DNA from: Epithemia pelagica
Lineage: Eukaryota > Protista > Bacillariophyta
Assembly: GCA_946965045.2 (NCBI GenBank)
Contig: OX337238.1
Coordinates: 2,728,001-2,792,000 of the forward strand
Length of the DNA: 64,000 nucleotides
Reading direction: 5' to 3'
Below, in pieces: positions 9,503 through 20,328 of the stretch (positions within the stretch are counted from its first letter, which is position 1; every line of letters starts with the position of its first letter). The translations under genes and the position numbers were made by a program. The notes under the pieces were generated by a model. The model was not told the DNA's origin. It searched no databases and worked only from the letters and a program-made list of their open reading frames with translations.

Positions 9503-12040
9503 ATGCGCCGTGAACAACGTGACATTACCATGCGCGACCTGCAAAAGGCCGTCAAATATGGTACACGGCGACGTTCTCGATGGAAAGAGCGTTGGACGGT
9601 TGAGTACGATGGGATTATCTTTGTCACGGACGAGTCCATGCGCAAGGAAATCACCTCTTACCCGTCGCCGCTCGCCGAAGCGCCCATCACCACGGAACAG
9701 CAAGATCAGCACAACAAGACCAAACAAGTGGTTGATCACAAGCCTGAGCTATGTAGCACGCACACCGTCCTGGTGGTGGACAACAGTGGATCTATGACGA
9801 CCCATGATATTGACCTCTACCGCTGTCGACAGACGGCCGCATACACCATGACTGCCTTGGAGTTTGTAGCGGAGCAAATCTTTAATGGGACCGCCAACAA
9901 CCGGGACTTGTTCTCCTTGGTTGAATTCAGCAAGACATCGCAGGTGGTCTTTCGTCGAGAACCTCTGAGCTGGGTACTCTACAACAAGATTCTCACGCGT
10001 CGTGATACACGGACATTTGAGAAACGCCAGGCGGACCAAACCAACGATATGTTGTACAGCAACAGCAACTACCTTCCAGCCCTGGAAAAGGCCAAACAGC
10101 TCTTGGCAGAAGGCAACCACGAGACATGCGCTCTCAACATGTACTTTTTGTCCGACGGAGCCCCAACCGATGCCCGAAAGCTCGGCATTACTCCCCATGC
10201 CCTCAAGCGCAAGCTCTTGTCTCGTGTGCATGAGATTGCCACGGAATTTGGCAAACAACTCAATGTCCAGCCGGTGGGCTTTGGCAGTGGCGTCTCGGAT
10301 TTTACCACCTTGCGTGACATGGCCCAAGCCATCAATGCGGCACCCGGTGAAGCCAAGGCCGAGTTTTTGTTTTGCGACAAAATGGCCAATCAAATGAGGA
10401 CCGCAGCATCCAGTTTGATTGCTAGTTCTACCCTCACCCGAACGTCCTTGATGGAAGATCATCATCATCGAGCCCGCAAGACGGTTCGAAACCTGACTTC
10501 CGAACTCGCGACAGCCAAAGGACGACCTGGACTCTCTTCCCAAGAATGGACCTTTTATCGCATCCGAGAGCACTATGTACTGGACCCTCGTCGACGCCAC
10601 TTTGTCACCTGTCGCGGAATACCTGATGGTGCCTTACGAAGTCACAATCGTCCCGAGGCCAAGCGACGAGAGCGAAATCCACCCAGATTCTTGGCCATGA
10701 GGACGGGTCATTGCGGTGTGGGAGCAGAGCGGGTTGCCTTTCGTTGTCATTTGTCCGAACAAGATCCATCGGCCGACCGATCACCTCTCGTACCTTCTTC
10801 AGCACCACAGGATGTGACACAATACTTTGCCTTTGATGCCATGGTCGCCAAGGAAACCAAGTTGGTAGAGAGGGTGGAAGAAAACGTGGCCTTCCACAAG
10901 GCATTTTGTGAGACTCAGGATCTAGCTCAATACCTGGCCAATGAGTTCAACAAGCGACTTCAAGGACTCCCAGGATACGACAAGGATAAGACACCCAAGA
11001 TTTCTTTTTTGCCATGTTCCGTGTTGGTGGTGCATGATCCTGAGTGGCCCAAGGGAGAACGTGGATTGTTGGTAGAGAAGAAATTGGATACGGACAAATT
11101 CCCATGGTGTAAGTGGAACGACAATGCGGGCGGAGTGAATGGGAGTGTCGCACCGATTGATGTGGACCTGGAATGGGCCAAACTACGTACTACAAGGCAA
11201 CAGCAGCAACACAGTATGAGGACGCATCCCCAACATCTCCCAATGATGATGTCGGGTCACTCAAACTACCACGGTCGTCCTCAGGTTTCTCTTGGAGCGC
11301 TGTCCTTAAATCAAGGCAATGGATTTACCGTCAACCAAGGAAGCATGGGCGCCATTATCGAAGAAGAAGGCGATTCCGAGGATGAAGAAGATGACGAGGA
11401 AGACGACGACGATAGAGCCCAGGCGCATCACCAGTACGGGTCATTGTCGCATTCAAGAGATCCACCCGCGTCGGTGCACCGCCCAGCATCCTCCTTGGGA
11501 AGCGGCCCCACCAACCACAAAAGTGCTCTGGCATCCCTTTCTCCCTCGGACTATCTCCAAGCCTTTACGCACTTCACGTACATGTATACGAGCAAGAAGG
11601 TCATGGTCTGCGATTTGCAGGGTGTGTATAACACAGATACCGTCCCTCCCACCTTTGAACTGAGCGATCCGGCGATTCACTATGCCTCGAGCCCAGGTCG
11701 CGAAATGGTGTACGGTCGTACCGACAAGGGAAAGGAGGGCATGCAGCTCTTCAACAATACACACGAATGCAATTGCATTTGCAAGTTTTTGCAACTGAGC
11801 AAACACAACAAGCATTGGCGTAAGCACTGGCATCGTGATCGAGACATGGAGGAGGACAACGTTGTCCCAAACCAACCAAGTCTCTACACACATACTGTGC
11901 CATCCTCTCCTCGTGGAGGCGAAACGAGTGGTGGTGGTGGTGGATGGCCGGAAGCTGCGCTTGGCTTTTTCTTGCAACGGTTTCCCTTTTTGAACTCGTC
12001 CCCCTCATCGCATCGCAAAAATCACCACACCAATCGATAA
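9503..12040 (+). CDS. vWA-domain alpha-kinase (MHCK/eEF2K family) with a short N-terminal DUF4258-like segment; probably 5'-truncated
   Basis: vWA motifs VLVVDNSGSM and MYFLSDG. Alpha-kinase motifs GAERVAF, VAKE, AQYLANEFN, LLVEKKL, KWNDNAG, LQAFTHFTY...MVCDLQG, LSDPAIH, GRTDKGKEG...F..THECNCIC. Confidence 0.92.
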   Translation: MRREQRDITMRDLQKAVKYGTRRRSRWKERWTVEYDGIIFVTDESMRKEITSYPSPLAEAPITTEQQDQHNKTKQVVDHKPELCSTHTVLVVDNSGSMTTHDIDLYRCRQTAAYTMTALEFVAEQIFNGTANNRDLFSLVEFSKTSQVVFRREPLSWVLYNKILTRRDTRTFEKRQADQTNDMLYSNSNYLPALEKAKQLLAEGNHETCALNMYFLSDGAPTDARKLGITPHALKRKLLSRVHEIATEFGKQLNVQPVGFGSGVSDFTTLRDMAQAINAAPGEAKAEFLFCDKMANQMRTAASSLIASSTLTRTSLMEDHHHRARKTVRNLTSELATAKGRPGLSSQEWTFYRIREHYVLDPRRRHFVTCRGIPDGALRSHNRPEAKRRERNPPRFLAMRTGHCGVGAERVAFRCHLSEQDPSADRSPLVPSSAPQDVTQYFAFDAMVAKETKLVERVEENVAFHKAFCETQDLAQYLANEFNKRLQGLPGYDKDKTPKISFLPCSVLVVHDPEWPKGERGLLVEKKLDTDKFPWCKWNDNAGGVNGSVAPIDVDLEWAKLRTTRQQQQHSMRTHPQHLPMMMSGHSNYHGRPQVSLGALSLNQGNGFTVNQGSMGAIIEEEGDSEDEEDDEEDDDDRAQAHHQYGSLSHSRDPPASVHRPASSLGSGPTNHKSALASLSPSDYLQAFTHFTYMYTSKKVMVCDLQGVYNTDTVPPTFELSDPAIHYASSPGREMVYGRTDKGKEGMQLFNNTHECNCICKFLQLSKHNKHWRKHWHRDRDMEEDNVVPNQPSLYTHTVPSSPRGGETSGGGGGWPEAALGFFLQRFPFLNSSPSSHRKNHHTNR

Positions 12041-12150
12041 GAAATGGTCATCCTTTCCACAGTTGTACGGCCGCTCAATTCATCTTCCCAATCAGCAATT
12101 TTACCCAGTGCTTTCTGTGTTCCCAGTTCATTTACAGATAAAATCCTTCC
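11925..12150. repeat. Dispersed diverged repeat (copy 1), homologous to ~48615-48835
   Basis: Shared blocks include TTTTTGAACTCG and GCATCGCAAAAATCACCACACCAAT, in the same orientation. Confidence 0.8.
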
Positions 12151-13259
12151 ACACGCTTCTCAACTCGTTGTAGTAGGCATGCGTGTAATTCCATTGTTGT
12201 TGTTGTTGCAACTGCAAGCAACAAGCCAGTGGGCGAAAAGACTGGTCTGCACATGGTTGGTATAACAGAACTACACCAAGTCTTGACGCAGCAACCTCTT
12301 CTTCCTCCTGGGTTCGACAGAGCCACAACCTTCGGGTAGAGAATCCGGCAATTCATGGACAAAGACGCCATTCCCTGGTCCACTCACTGCAACCTTCCTT
12401 CGGCCATGGCGGGGGACGAGAAAGCAAACGAACCCGACCACACACGGCAGGAACATGCCAGCGACCGTGGAGAATGTTCCGCCAATTTGAGTCGTCCTGT
12501 GAGGAATCGTCTTGGACAGGACGCCACCAACGCCACGATTGATCAGTCTTGCAACTACCTAGAATTCAAAACACAAGAGTTCATTCAATGGGCCGAAAAG
12601 TTCAACACCTAAAGTCGCTTCTTGATCTGAATGGGGTCACTGATCATGACAGGAAACCTCCTGTTAGCTCGGCAGGATCGTCGTGGGTTCGTGACACACT
12701 GATTCTTGTATGTTGGAGGATTGTTTACAGGAGACTTTTGTGGAAGCTACTTCCGACAATATTGTCTTCAAGGTCCACAAGTTGGCACGTCTGGCATATG
12801 GACGGTCGAGGAAGAACAACACGTTGTGCCATGGAAAAGATTCTTCTTGTTCATGGCGTGGTTGGAATCCAACCAAAAGGACGCACTGACACCAACGACG
12901 AGACTGAGAGGTATGAGAATGGAACAGGGACAACCACTACCACCAGCACTTCCACCAACACAACGAGTGACGAAAAACGTCCACCAACATCAAGTGACGC
13001 CACCGTAATAGAATTCAGTGGCCATTGTCTCGCCTTTCCTGGATGCACCTAAATCTCCATTGTCCTCCGTTCGTTCCTGAAAAAGCGCGCGAACGCGCCG
13101 GCCAGTGTGTCCCATCCCAACAACCTACCAACCTACCTACCCACCATCCATCCAACCGACCAGCCATCCACAGCCACTAAAATTTTCGGCTGTCTTTTCG
13201 GGTTTTCAGGTAAAGGATCAATCCATTCTCTATGTTCTCCACGCCATAAAATCAACCCC

Positions 13260-14465
13260 ATGACACTCAAGACACTGCAAATACAAGCATGGCAGTCGGG
13301 GCTTGTCTTTTCCGATGACATGGACAATAACAGTGATGTACCACAATGGAACTTCAACGTCTGGCCTCCCATTTTGGGTGGGTGGCGTTACAGTCATGCA
13401 TCGGTGGTGCTAGACCATCAAGAACAGGATGACAGTGCACAGACGGTTGTAGTTTTGGGAGGAGCCAACCATCGTATTTTGTTCACCGACTCAGTGTTGT
13501 TGTTGAGTTTGTCAGATGAAAACAAACAGTGGCGGGAAGGACCGCCATTGAGCGACAAGAGAGGCTTACATGCTGCGGTGGTTTGTAACGGAGGAGTTTA
13601 CGTGATTGGAGGTTCCATTGGAAATTCACGCTTGGACACCATTGAGCGGATTGATATTGAAGAACTGTTGCAAACGTACTCAACGAGCACTACTGGGAAC
13701 AATTGGACAACTTTGAATTGTCGATTATCTTCCCCCAAAACTGCATGTTCGGCTGTTGCCGTGTATAATCGATACATTGTCGTCATCGGGGGAACCGGCG
13801 ATGGAAATTGTTTGTCGTCAGTTGATATTATCGATACAAAAGTCCAAAGCAACCACGCTGTCATTGTGGGACCGTCCATGACAATGCCTCGGGAAGAGTT
13901 TGGAAGTGCTGTCATTGGTCATCGCATCTATGTTGTTGGAGGTTGCAACAGGAATGATGATCAATATCTGACATCAGTGGAGTACTTGGAGTTCCAGCAG
14001 TCATCTGCGATTGAAACAACAGAGACTGCAGCAGAAGTCTTCCCCCCATCTTGCGCTTGGACAACTCTCGCGGACATGAAGCTTTCCGCACCAAGGCAAA
14101 CTCGTGTTGTATCTCTGGGATCATGCTTGGTTGCTGTGGGTGGATGTGCTGGAACCGGGGATGCAGAGGTTTTGGATATCAACCGGAATATTGTGTGGAC
14201 GCTCCCGAAAATGCCAGCCCTATTTAATGTTGACAGCAGTACTGTGACTTTCTGGAATGGAATTGCCGTGATGACTGCATTCTGGTGCAAGTCTTGTGCC
14301 ACACTACCCTTGATGGACAAGAACACGTGGTGCTTTCGTCGGCTCTGCCATCAGGAGCCAAACGGATGGTATCCCCGCGGGTTCCAAGAACTACCCGACA
14401 CCGTGGCATTAGCTCCTGGACGTGCAAAGACAAATTCATGCAATGATATCACCAACGAGAATTGA
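13260..14465 (+). CDS. Kelch-repeat beta-propeller protein K1 (most divergent copy), 401 aa
   Basis: Repeated kelch blades (VVVLGG, VYVIGG, IVVIGG, IYVVGG, VAVGG, each followed by W). The ATG aligns with the MT.TLQQQ start of the other copies. Confidence 0.9.
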   Translation: MTLKTLQIQAWQSGLVFSDDMDNNSDVPQWNFNVWPPILGGWRYSHASVVLDHQEQDDSAQTVVVLGGANHRILFTDSVLLLSLSDENKQWREGPPLSDKRGLHAAVVCNGGVYVIGGSIGNSRLDTIERIDIEELLQTYSTSTTGNNWTTLNCRLSSPKTACSAVAVYNRYIVVIGGTGDGNCLSSVDIIDTKVQSNHAVIVGPSMTMPREEFGSAVIGHRIYVVGGCNRNDDQYLTSVEYLEFQQSSAIETTETAAEVFPPSCAWTTLADMKLSAPRQTRVVSLGSCLVAVGGCAGTGDAEVLDINRNIVWTLPKMPALFNVDSSTVTFWNGIAVMTAFWCKSCATLPLMDKNTWCFRRLCHQEPNGWYPRGFQELPDTVALAPGRAKTNSCNDITNEN

Positions 14466-14972
14466 AATGTACTACATTGAATCACCGGGTTTGTTCTTGG
14501 CTTTGTGCCTGTTTGGTGTTGTTGTTCTCGGGTTTCTTGCGAACAAAGAATGCAAGAACTAGGTAGGTAGGTAACTCGGAAGAGAAAATCCAGAATGCTT
14601 CAGTCGCGGAAATTGTCTAGTCGTGAATCGAAACGGGACTTACTCGTGACAGGAAAAGTGTATGCGCGACTTCTAAGCGCGACCACATGGACATCGAAAT
14701 TCTCGCTTCGCAATTCGCAAGGAAGATACCAAACAGAAAAGATACAAACACAACAATGGTGTAGAAAGTCATCAGAACGACTCACACGCACCGGTAACGT
14801 ACCATGATGATGAGAACGATCGATGACACCACACGTCTCCATGAAGAGCGCCTAAAATCGCGAGTGAACAGTCCTCCACGAGACAAAACTCTCAGGAAGA
14901 TGCACACAAATTGGTTTGCTCGTCAAAAACTACCCCCAGGTACTACTAGAGATCAACAAGCACAAAAGAACC

Positions 14973-16940
14973 ATGAAGAAGGTTGAATTACTCATTCTCT
15001 TTCCAGATCATCCATCCATGGAGGCACCCTTGTCGCCTGTAGAAAAAGAAATAGAACGAAGACGACAAGCTCGCTCCAAACAACAAGACGGCGAAGAAGG
15101 AGAAAATACAGCAGTAGCCCCTTTGATTGCCGTTGCCAAGGCCGGTGAGTCGATACAAGGATTTGTGGTACTAATCGTCAACGATCCCAAGGGTGTGTTG
15201 GCCTCGGCCTTGGATATCACCTTTCATGGCAAGGAAGAAACAAGTGTTTACATCAAGGGTGGTACTGATGACTACACCGTTAGCGAGCAGTGGGGCTTTT
15301 TGGAACTGAAACTCCCCATGCCTTCTCTGGCAAAAAGGAAGAAGAGAGCGAGGAGGTCATGGAGGACAGCGAAACGAGCGAAAAGAAGAGCAAACGGGAG
15401 AACAAAATTCGAATTCCTGCCGGCAAGTATCAAATTCCCTTTTCAGTGGAGTTGCCAAAATCCATGCCCGGTACTTTCTTTTTTGGAAACCCTGGTATTA
15501 ATTCGTTATTTCTTTAAGGCAGAGCTTCACGGTTCCGGTCGAATGTGGAACTACAACAAGGAAGAAAAATTCATGTTGAGAGCAGTGGTGGCATCTTTTA
15601 TAACCGCAATAGATATCGCAAGCTCCAAGTGAGCGTCGCATTGGAGAGGCTTAATAAAAATCCAGAACCCATCCCCTGCAATGCACCTCCTGTGACTAGA
15701 AAGATTTCGTGCTGTTTTCCAATGGGAAGTATATCGTTGGCAGCAAACTTTGACAATATTCGTGTGCACAAAGGTCAAGACTGCCGGATCAATATTTCGT
15801 GTCGCAATCATTCGGCGAAAGAAATTGATTCCGTCAAGGCCACTTTGCTACAAAGATTCAGTTGGAAAGCCTGTTCCAATGCACGGAGTAGGGCACAATC
15901 TCTGTTGTCCATGGACTTTACCCTACCTTTGCTGTGCCAAGGCAGTTTGGCCACGCAAAGCAAGACCGTAAACAAGCTCAGGACATTTCATGGGAGTTGC
16001 AAGAAATATTTCGCGAACTCAGCTATGCTCGCCATTCCGCAACCTTTACCATTCCCCGTACTGTTTCCGGTACTAACTCCGAGGATCGAATCCTGTGTTC
16101 CTACTTCGGTGGAATCATTACCATATCACATCTTTTGGAACTGGAAGTATCCACGTCCGGTCGCTTTGTCACCAATCCATCGCTTCAAATTGGCCTGCTG
16201 GTCGAAGAAGAACCTTCAAATCAAGAAGAAGCTGAACACGACGATGATGAGGCAGAAGTGGAAGTCGTCGGTTCAGGACCAGCGACGTATGTTCCCCCAC
16301 AGTACGAAGATGCCATTCAAGCGCCTGTGATTTATGTTCCACGTTCCCACGTGAGTATGGGCGGTACAAAAGTGGATAATACCGCCGAGGATCAAGACAT
16401 TGAAGTAGATGTACAAGAATCGGTGCTCGTGCCATCGGATGTTGCTGCAAAACAACCCTCTCTCAAAGTTCTTTTGGAGGAAATGTCGAGATCCGCCGAT
16501 TGGGACATTATTGAACGCAAATCCAGGATCCCGACTGGTCTAATGTTGTCTTTTCCGAACTGACACCTGATGAGTACGCCCTCATTTTGCAACAAGTTAC
16601 ATTGTTTTTTGATCAACCCCAAATTGCTGCCTGTCTTGCACAAGCACTACAGCCGCAAGGTTCCGATTCTTCAACCTTTACTTGTGCCCATGTGGTGGCT
16701 GCTTTGAAAGTTGCTTCGAAAATGCATCGATCGACACTGGTAGAAAAAACCATTTGCTTCTGTTCCGATTTGGCCACCAACCAAGACCAGATTCTTTCTC
16801 AATTGACAGACTGGGAAAAGTTGGTGACTAAGCGTGCCTTTGCCGAAGCACAGGAACAAAATTTGCTTCGTGAATGGTTAGGGTTGGTTAAGCCGATCCA
16901 TGTTGGGCTAAGTATGCTCAGTACAAAAGCTACTGGATGA
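14973..16940 (+). pseudogene. Arrestin-fold protein, broken by about five frameshifts
   Basis: Arrestin-like pieces in successive frames: GESIQGFVVL...LDITFHGKEET; IPAGKYQIPFSVELPKSMPGTF; IRYFFKAEL; GSISLAANFD..RVHKGQDCRINISCRNHS; ITISHLLELEVSTSG; then IQDPDWSNVVFSELTPDEYALILQQV. Confidence 0.75.
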
Positions 16941-17333
16941 CGGGAGGTCGGGTACACAAACTACACATCTACGAGAATAAGGTGGAGAGTCTTTGCTATT
17001 TCCGATATTTTCAATCTTAATCGCAATCGAGAGGGAAGCGATGCTTATAAGGCATTGCTGTCCTCCCCGATGCATCGGGGTATGGTGGCTCTTGCTTACC
17101 ATTGCCATTGGCATGTATTTGGTACTCACTCTAATGGGTGATAAGGGATGGATTGAATGTATCTTTCACACGTCTAGATAGACCTATATTTTGAAGAGTT
17201 TGGCAAGTGGCCCAATAACCGGGACTTTCAATGGGAGCATGATGGAACAAGATTCACTTTTTGCTATTCTTACCAAAGCTACGGTACACAAATGATGGCG
17301 GAAAGCGAGACGGCTCGTCTTTGGTAGAAAGCT

Positions 17334-18161
17334 TCAACTCGAGCTGGTCCGCGTCCATGCCCACATGGCGAAAATCGCATTCCAACTGACCAGCATTGGT
17401 ACAACTATGCCTGGTGCCAATACCATGGGGTATGCAAACACAACATTGTTGGAAACAGTGCTCTGGTACAATTGAGTTGGCTTCATACCAAGCTGCAACA
17501 TGGTGATGCCAGAAGGTACAATAATGACAAACCCAATCAAGTTCCACCAGACCAAGAACAATTGGTCATGAATCCATCGATTCTGTACCAGTAGAGCCAA
17601 TGCACTGAGCCCAAACAACATGTCTGGAAACGCTGTTCCCCACGCAAAAACTGTGGGGAATAGCCCTTTGCGCCACTTGAGGAGACTTCCTATGGCAAGT
17701 GATCGAATCGCTTGAAGGGTAACAAAAACTTGAATCGGAAGCGTGTCCAACATACGAAACACGGCATCCATCTCGAAACTGAACATGCTCATTTGAAGGA
17801 ACACTGTAATCATGGGGAACCATAAAATTGGCATGGAATGTAGAAACGAGTCGGTAGCAAAGATTCCTTGTTTACCAAGACGAATTACCAGAGAGGCCCA
17901 AACAGCTTGAAGTACGGGAGTAACCGCCAGAAGGAGGGCTTGCTTGGAACTGTAGATCTTGACGTGATAAGAATACGCAACAACAGCAAAATTGAACAAG
18001 ATCACCATTGCTACCATTCGCGGTAACATGGAACTCGTTTGGACAATGGTAGCTGGTGCTCCATCGGAGGAGGAAAGAAGTGGTGTGGTTGGAGTAGGAC
18101 TAGGCGTTTCCGTGGCCGTGTTCGATTTCTTCAATAGTTGACTGTCAAGTTTTATGAACAT
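17334..18161 (-). CDS. Multi-pass membrane protein (275 aa), resembling an uncharacterised bacterial membrane family
   Basis: About 7 hydrophobic segments. Pattern LP...LQAIRSL...GLFP..FAWGTAFPDMLFGLSA...WWNLIGF...YPMVLAPGIVVP. Confidence 0.8.
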   Translation of the reverse strand: MFIKLDSQLLKKSNTATETPSPTPTTPLLSSSDGAPATIVQTSSMLPRMVAMVILFNFAVVAYSYHVKIYSSKQALLLAVTPVLQAVWASLVIRLGKQGIFATDSFLHSMPILWFPMITVFLQMSMFSFEMDAVFRMLDTLPIQVFVTLQAIRSLAIGSLLKWRKGLFPTVFAWGTAFPDMLFGLSALALLVQNRWIHDQLFLVWWNLIGFVIIVPSGITMLQLGMKPTQLYQSTVSNNVVFAYPMVLAPGIVVPMLVSWNAIFAMWAWTRTSSS

Positions 18162-18414
18162 ATGTCATGATGGTAAGTGTTAATGTGTCTTTGGTCTTTG
18201 TTGTTCCCAACAGTAGATCTATTTTCTCGACATCACTCAATCCTTCTCGAGCAGTCTTCAGTCGCTCTTCATACGCGCCAAATTTCTTCTCTGTTGTTCA
18301 TATCTTTTTGTCGTTTTGTTCCGACGAATGGAGACTTCGTTGGAAGCTCTGACTATGATGCCGTCTGGAACTTCTTCCCGGAACAGATCTTGGTTTTATT
18401 ACAAGGAACGTGCT

Positions 18415-18571
18415 TGTTAAAGCCGATGCACCGCGCCCAATCGGCTCGAATGCGTCGTTGGCGCTTCCGCATCTACGTTCATTTGACATGGGCATGATTT
18501 GCGCAGCAGGACAATGTGTCGATGAAGTTTACAACAAATTCAAATCGTTGCTATAAAAACGGGATGTACCT
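18415..18571 (+). pseudogene. adhE: Deletion-compressed adhE relic (ALDH half)
   Basis: TAAAGCCGATGCACC...AATGCGTCGTTGGCGCT matches 22143-22188. It is stitched directly to TTTGAC..GGCATGAT...GATGAAGTTTAC..AATTCAAATCGTTGCT...GGGATGTACCT, which matches 22674-22772. Confidence 0.8.
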
Positions 18572-18902
18572 CACATCTCTTTCTCTGAAAATCGGCAGGA
18601 TTGTGAGTGCCACAATACTCTCGGGATTCCCTTGATGAGATCCATTTCCCATTCAATTCAACAGTGAGACGGAGCAACATTGACTCATGCCCCCTGGACG
18701 ATGAAAGAGCGTTTGGCTGCGATGCTGTTGTAGTGTGTGCAAAAAATCCAGAAGAAATTCGAGAAGGGCCTCAAGACTGCAACGGACGAGCACTATTACC
18801 GATTCAGTGACAAATGGGTTCCAGTGAGGCCAAGCTTCGTTCGAAATGGGATTGTCAGCGTTCGTGAAATCTCTGGATTTGTTTCGAAGTAGTTGTTTTC
18901 GT

Positions 18903-18940
18903 GGATGGTTTTGGACCCGTTCATCTGTCCAAGGTCATCC
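18903..18940 (+). promoter_or_regulatory. Conserved 14-bp hairpin upstream of kelch genes (type copy); further copies at 29665, 29712, 31504 (degraded), 36439, 36495, 41309, 47045, 47101, 50026, 56927, 56974 and ~58777 (degraded)
   Basis: GGATGGTTTTGGAC-CCGTTCATCT-GTCCAAGGTCATCC pairs over all 14 positions if three G-U wobbles are allowed. It lies ~165-260 nt upstream of the kelch ATG. Confidence 0.6.
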
Positions 18941-19116
18941 ATCCGATGAAGGATACCATGATGGAAATCGACGCCGTAGAGGTTCGTCCGCCGTTGCAGC
19001 CGTCTTTCGTTCCGGTCCATCCGTTGATGCCTGGCGCTGAAGGCCACATTTTCGTTTTTTCTGGGGTTTTGAGGAGACGAAACTCTGAGGTCCATTCCTG
19101 GGTGTTGGCAAGTACG

Positions 19117-20328
19117 ATGGCGATGACACTGCAACAGCAAGCAAAGCAATCCGGGCTTTGCTTTCTGGACGTTGACAATAATAGTGAGGCACCGCAATGG
19201 AATACCAATGACTGGCCTCCCCTTTTGTGTGGATGGCGTTGTTTGCATGCATCGGTTGTGCTCAACCATCCCGAACAGGATAACAATGCACAGACGGTTG
19301 TTGTTTTGGGAGGAAACAAACAAGACCAAGGCTACACCAACTCAGTGTTGTTGTTGACTTTGTCAGATGAAAAAAAGCAATGGCGGGAAGGACCGCCGTT
19401 GATCAGCAACCGAGGCTGTCATGCTGCGGTGGTTTGTCGCGGAGGGGTTTACGCGATTGGAGGATGGAATGGAAGTTCATGCTTGGATAGTATCGAACGG
19501 ATTGATGTTGCAAATTTGTGTTCCGAATCAATGGAAAGCTCTACCAGCAACCAATGGACGACCCTGACTTGTCGATTGTCTACGAGAAGAAATGGATGTT
19601 CGGCTGTTGCCGTGCACAATCGCTATATTGTCGTCATGGGTGGATACAACGGAAACGATCTGTCGTTGGTTGATATAATCGATACAGCTATCGCAAGCAA
19701 CCAGACTGTGATTGTTGGACCATCCATGACAGTACCTCGATCTGGTTGTGCAAGTGCTGTCATTGGTCATCGCATTTTTGTTGTTGGAGGCTACAATAGG
19801 CACAATGAAGAAGTGTTCCAATCAGTGGAGTTCTTGGAGATTCATGAACCTCCAGGCAATGAGACAATGACCACAGCAGGTGCAGTGTTTCCATCCTCAT
19901 GCCGTTGGACACGTCATTACGAGCTCGAGCTTTCCATCCATCGGTGTTTTCATGCAATTGTAGCTGTAGGATCATGTCTGATTGTTATGGGAGGCTACTT
20001 TGGCGTGGACACTGCAGAAGTCTTGGATACTCGCCGAAACGCTGTGTGGACCTTTCCACGATCAACAGGGCCGCGTTATCTCTCCACTGCTGTGGTTCAC
20101 TCGAGGGGAATTGCTGTGATTAGTGGAGATGACAATGCTTCTTGTGCGACACTCTCCTTGGTTGACAAGAATACGTGGTGTTTTCGTCGACTCATTGAGC
20201 AGGTGCCGAGTACAATCTTTGGGACCAGAACAGACTCACTGCGATCTGCTCTGGAAGCTACTACAGCATGGAAGGAGTCCGGTGAGCGCCCTAAGAAGAA
20301 GTTATTAACTGGCAAATCTGAGACGTAG
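19117..20328 (+). CDS. Kelch-repeat protein K2, 403 aa
   Basis: Intact ORF with six kelch blades and a basic C-terminal tail (RPKKKL). Confidence 0.92.
   Translation: MAMTLQQQAKQSGLCFLDVDNNSEAPQWNTNDWPPLLCGWRCLHASVVLNHPEQDNNAQTVVVLGGNKQDQGYTNSVLLLTLSDEKKQWREGPPLISNRGCHAAVVCRGGVYAIGGWNGSSCLDSIERIDVANLCSESMESSTSNQWTTLTCRLSTRRNGCSAVAVHNRYIVVMGGYNGNDLSLVDIIDTAIASNQTVIVGPSMTVPRSGCASAVIGHRIFVVGGYNRHNEEVFQSVEFLEIHEPPGNETMTTAGAVFPSSCRWTRHYELELSIHRCFHAIVAVGSCLIVMGGYFGVDTAEVLDTRRNAVWTFPRSTGPRYLSTAVVHSRGIAVISGDDNASCATLSLVDKNTWCFRRLIEQVPSTIFGTRTDSLRSALEATTAWKESGERPKKKLLTGKSET

Noticed and set aside
12355-13052. Short overlapping ORFs, including a Myb-like GIWTVEEE
   Set aside because: A single short motif without the remaining Trp-spaced repeats; insufficient support.
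13110-13175. CCTA/CCAT-rich simple repeats upstream of K1
   Set aside because: Low-complexity sequence, not telomeric TTAGGG arrays, with no evidence of function.
16561-16580. CTGATGAG, hammerhead-like core
   Set aside because: It lies within arrestin coding sequence, and I found no matching GAAA core with flanking stems.
18901-19116. Long N-terminal extensions on kelch ORFs in the track (also 29771, 31648, 41512, 57033, 58911)
   Set aside because: The extensions are not conserved in frame or sequence between paralogs; all copies align from the MT.TL(Q/K)QQ methionine.
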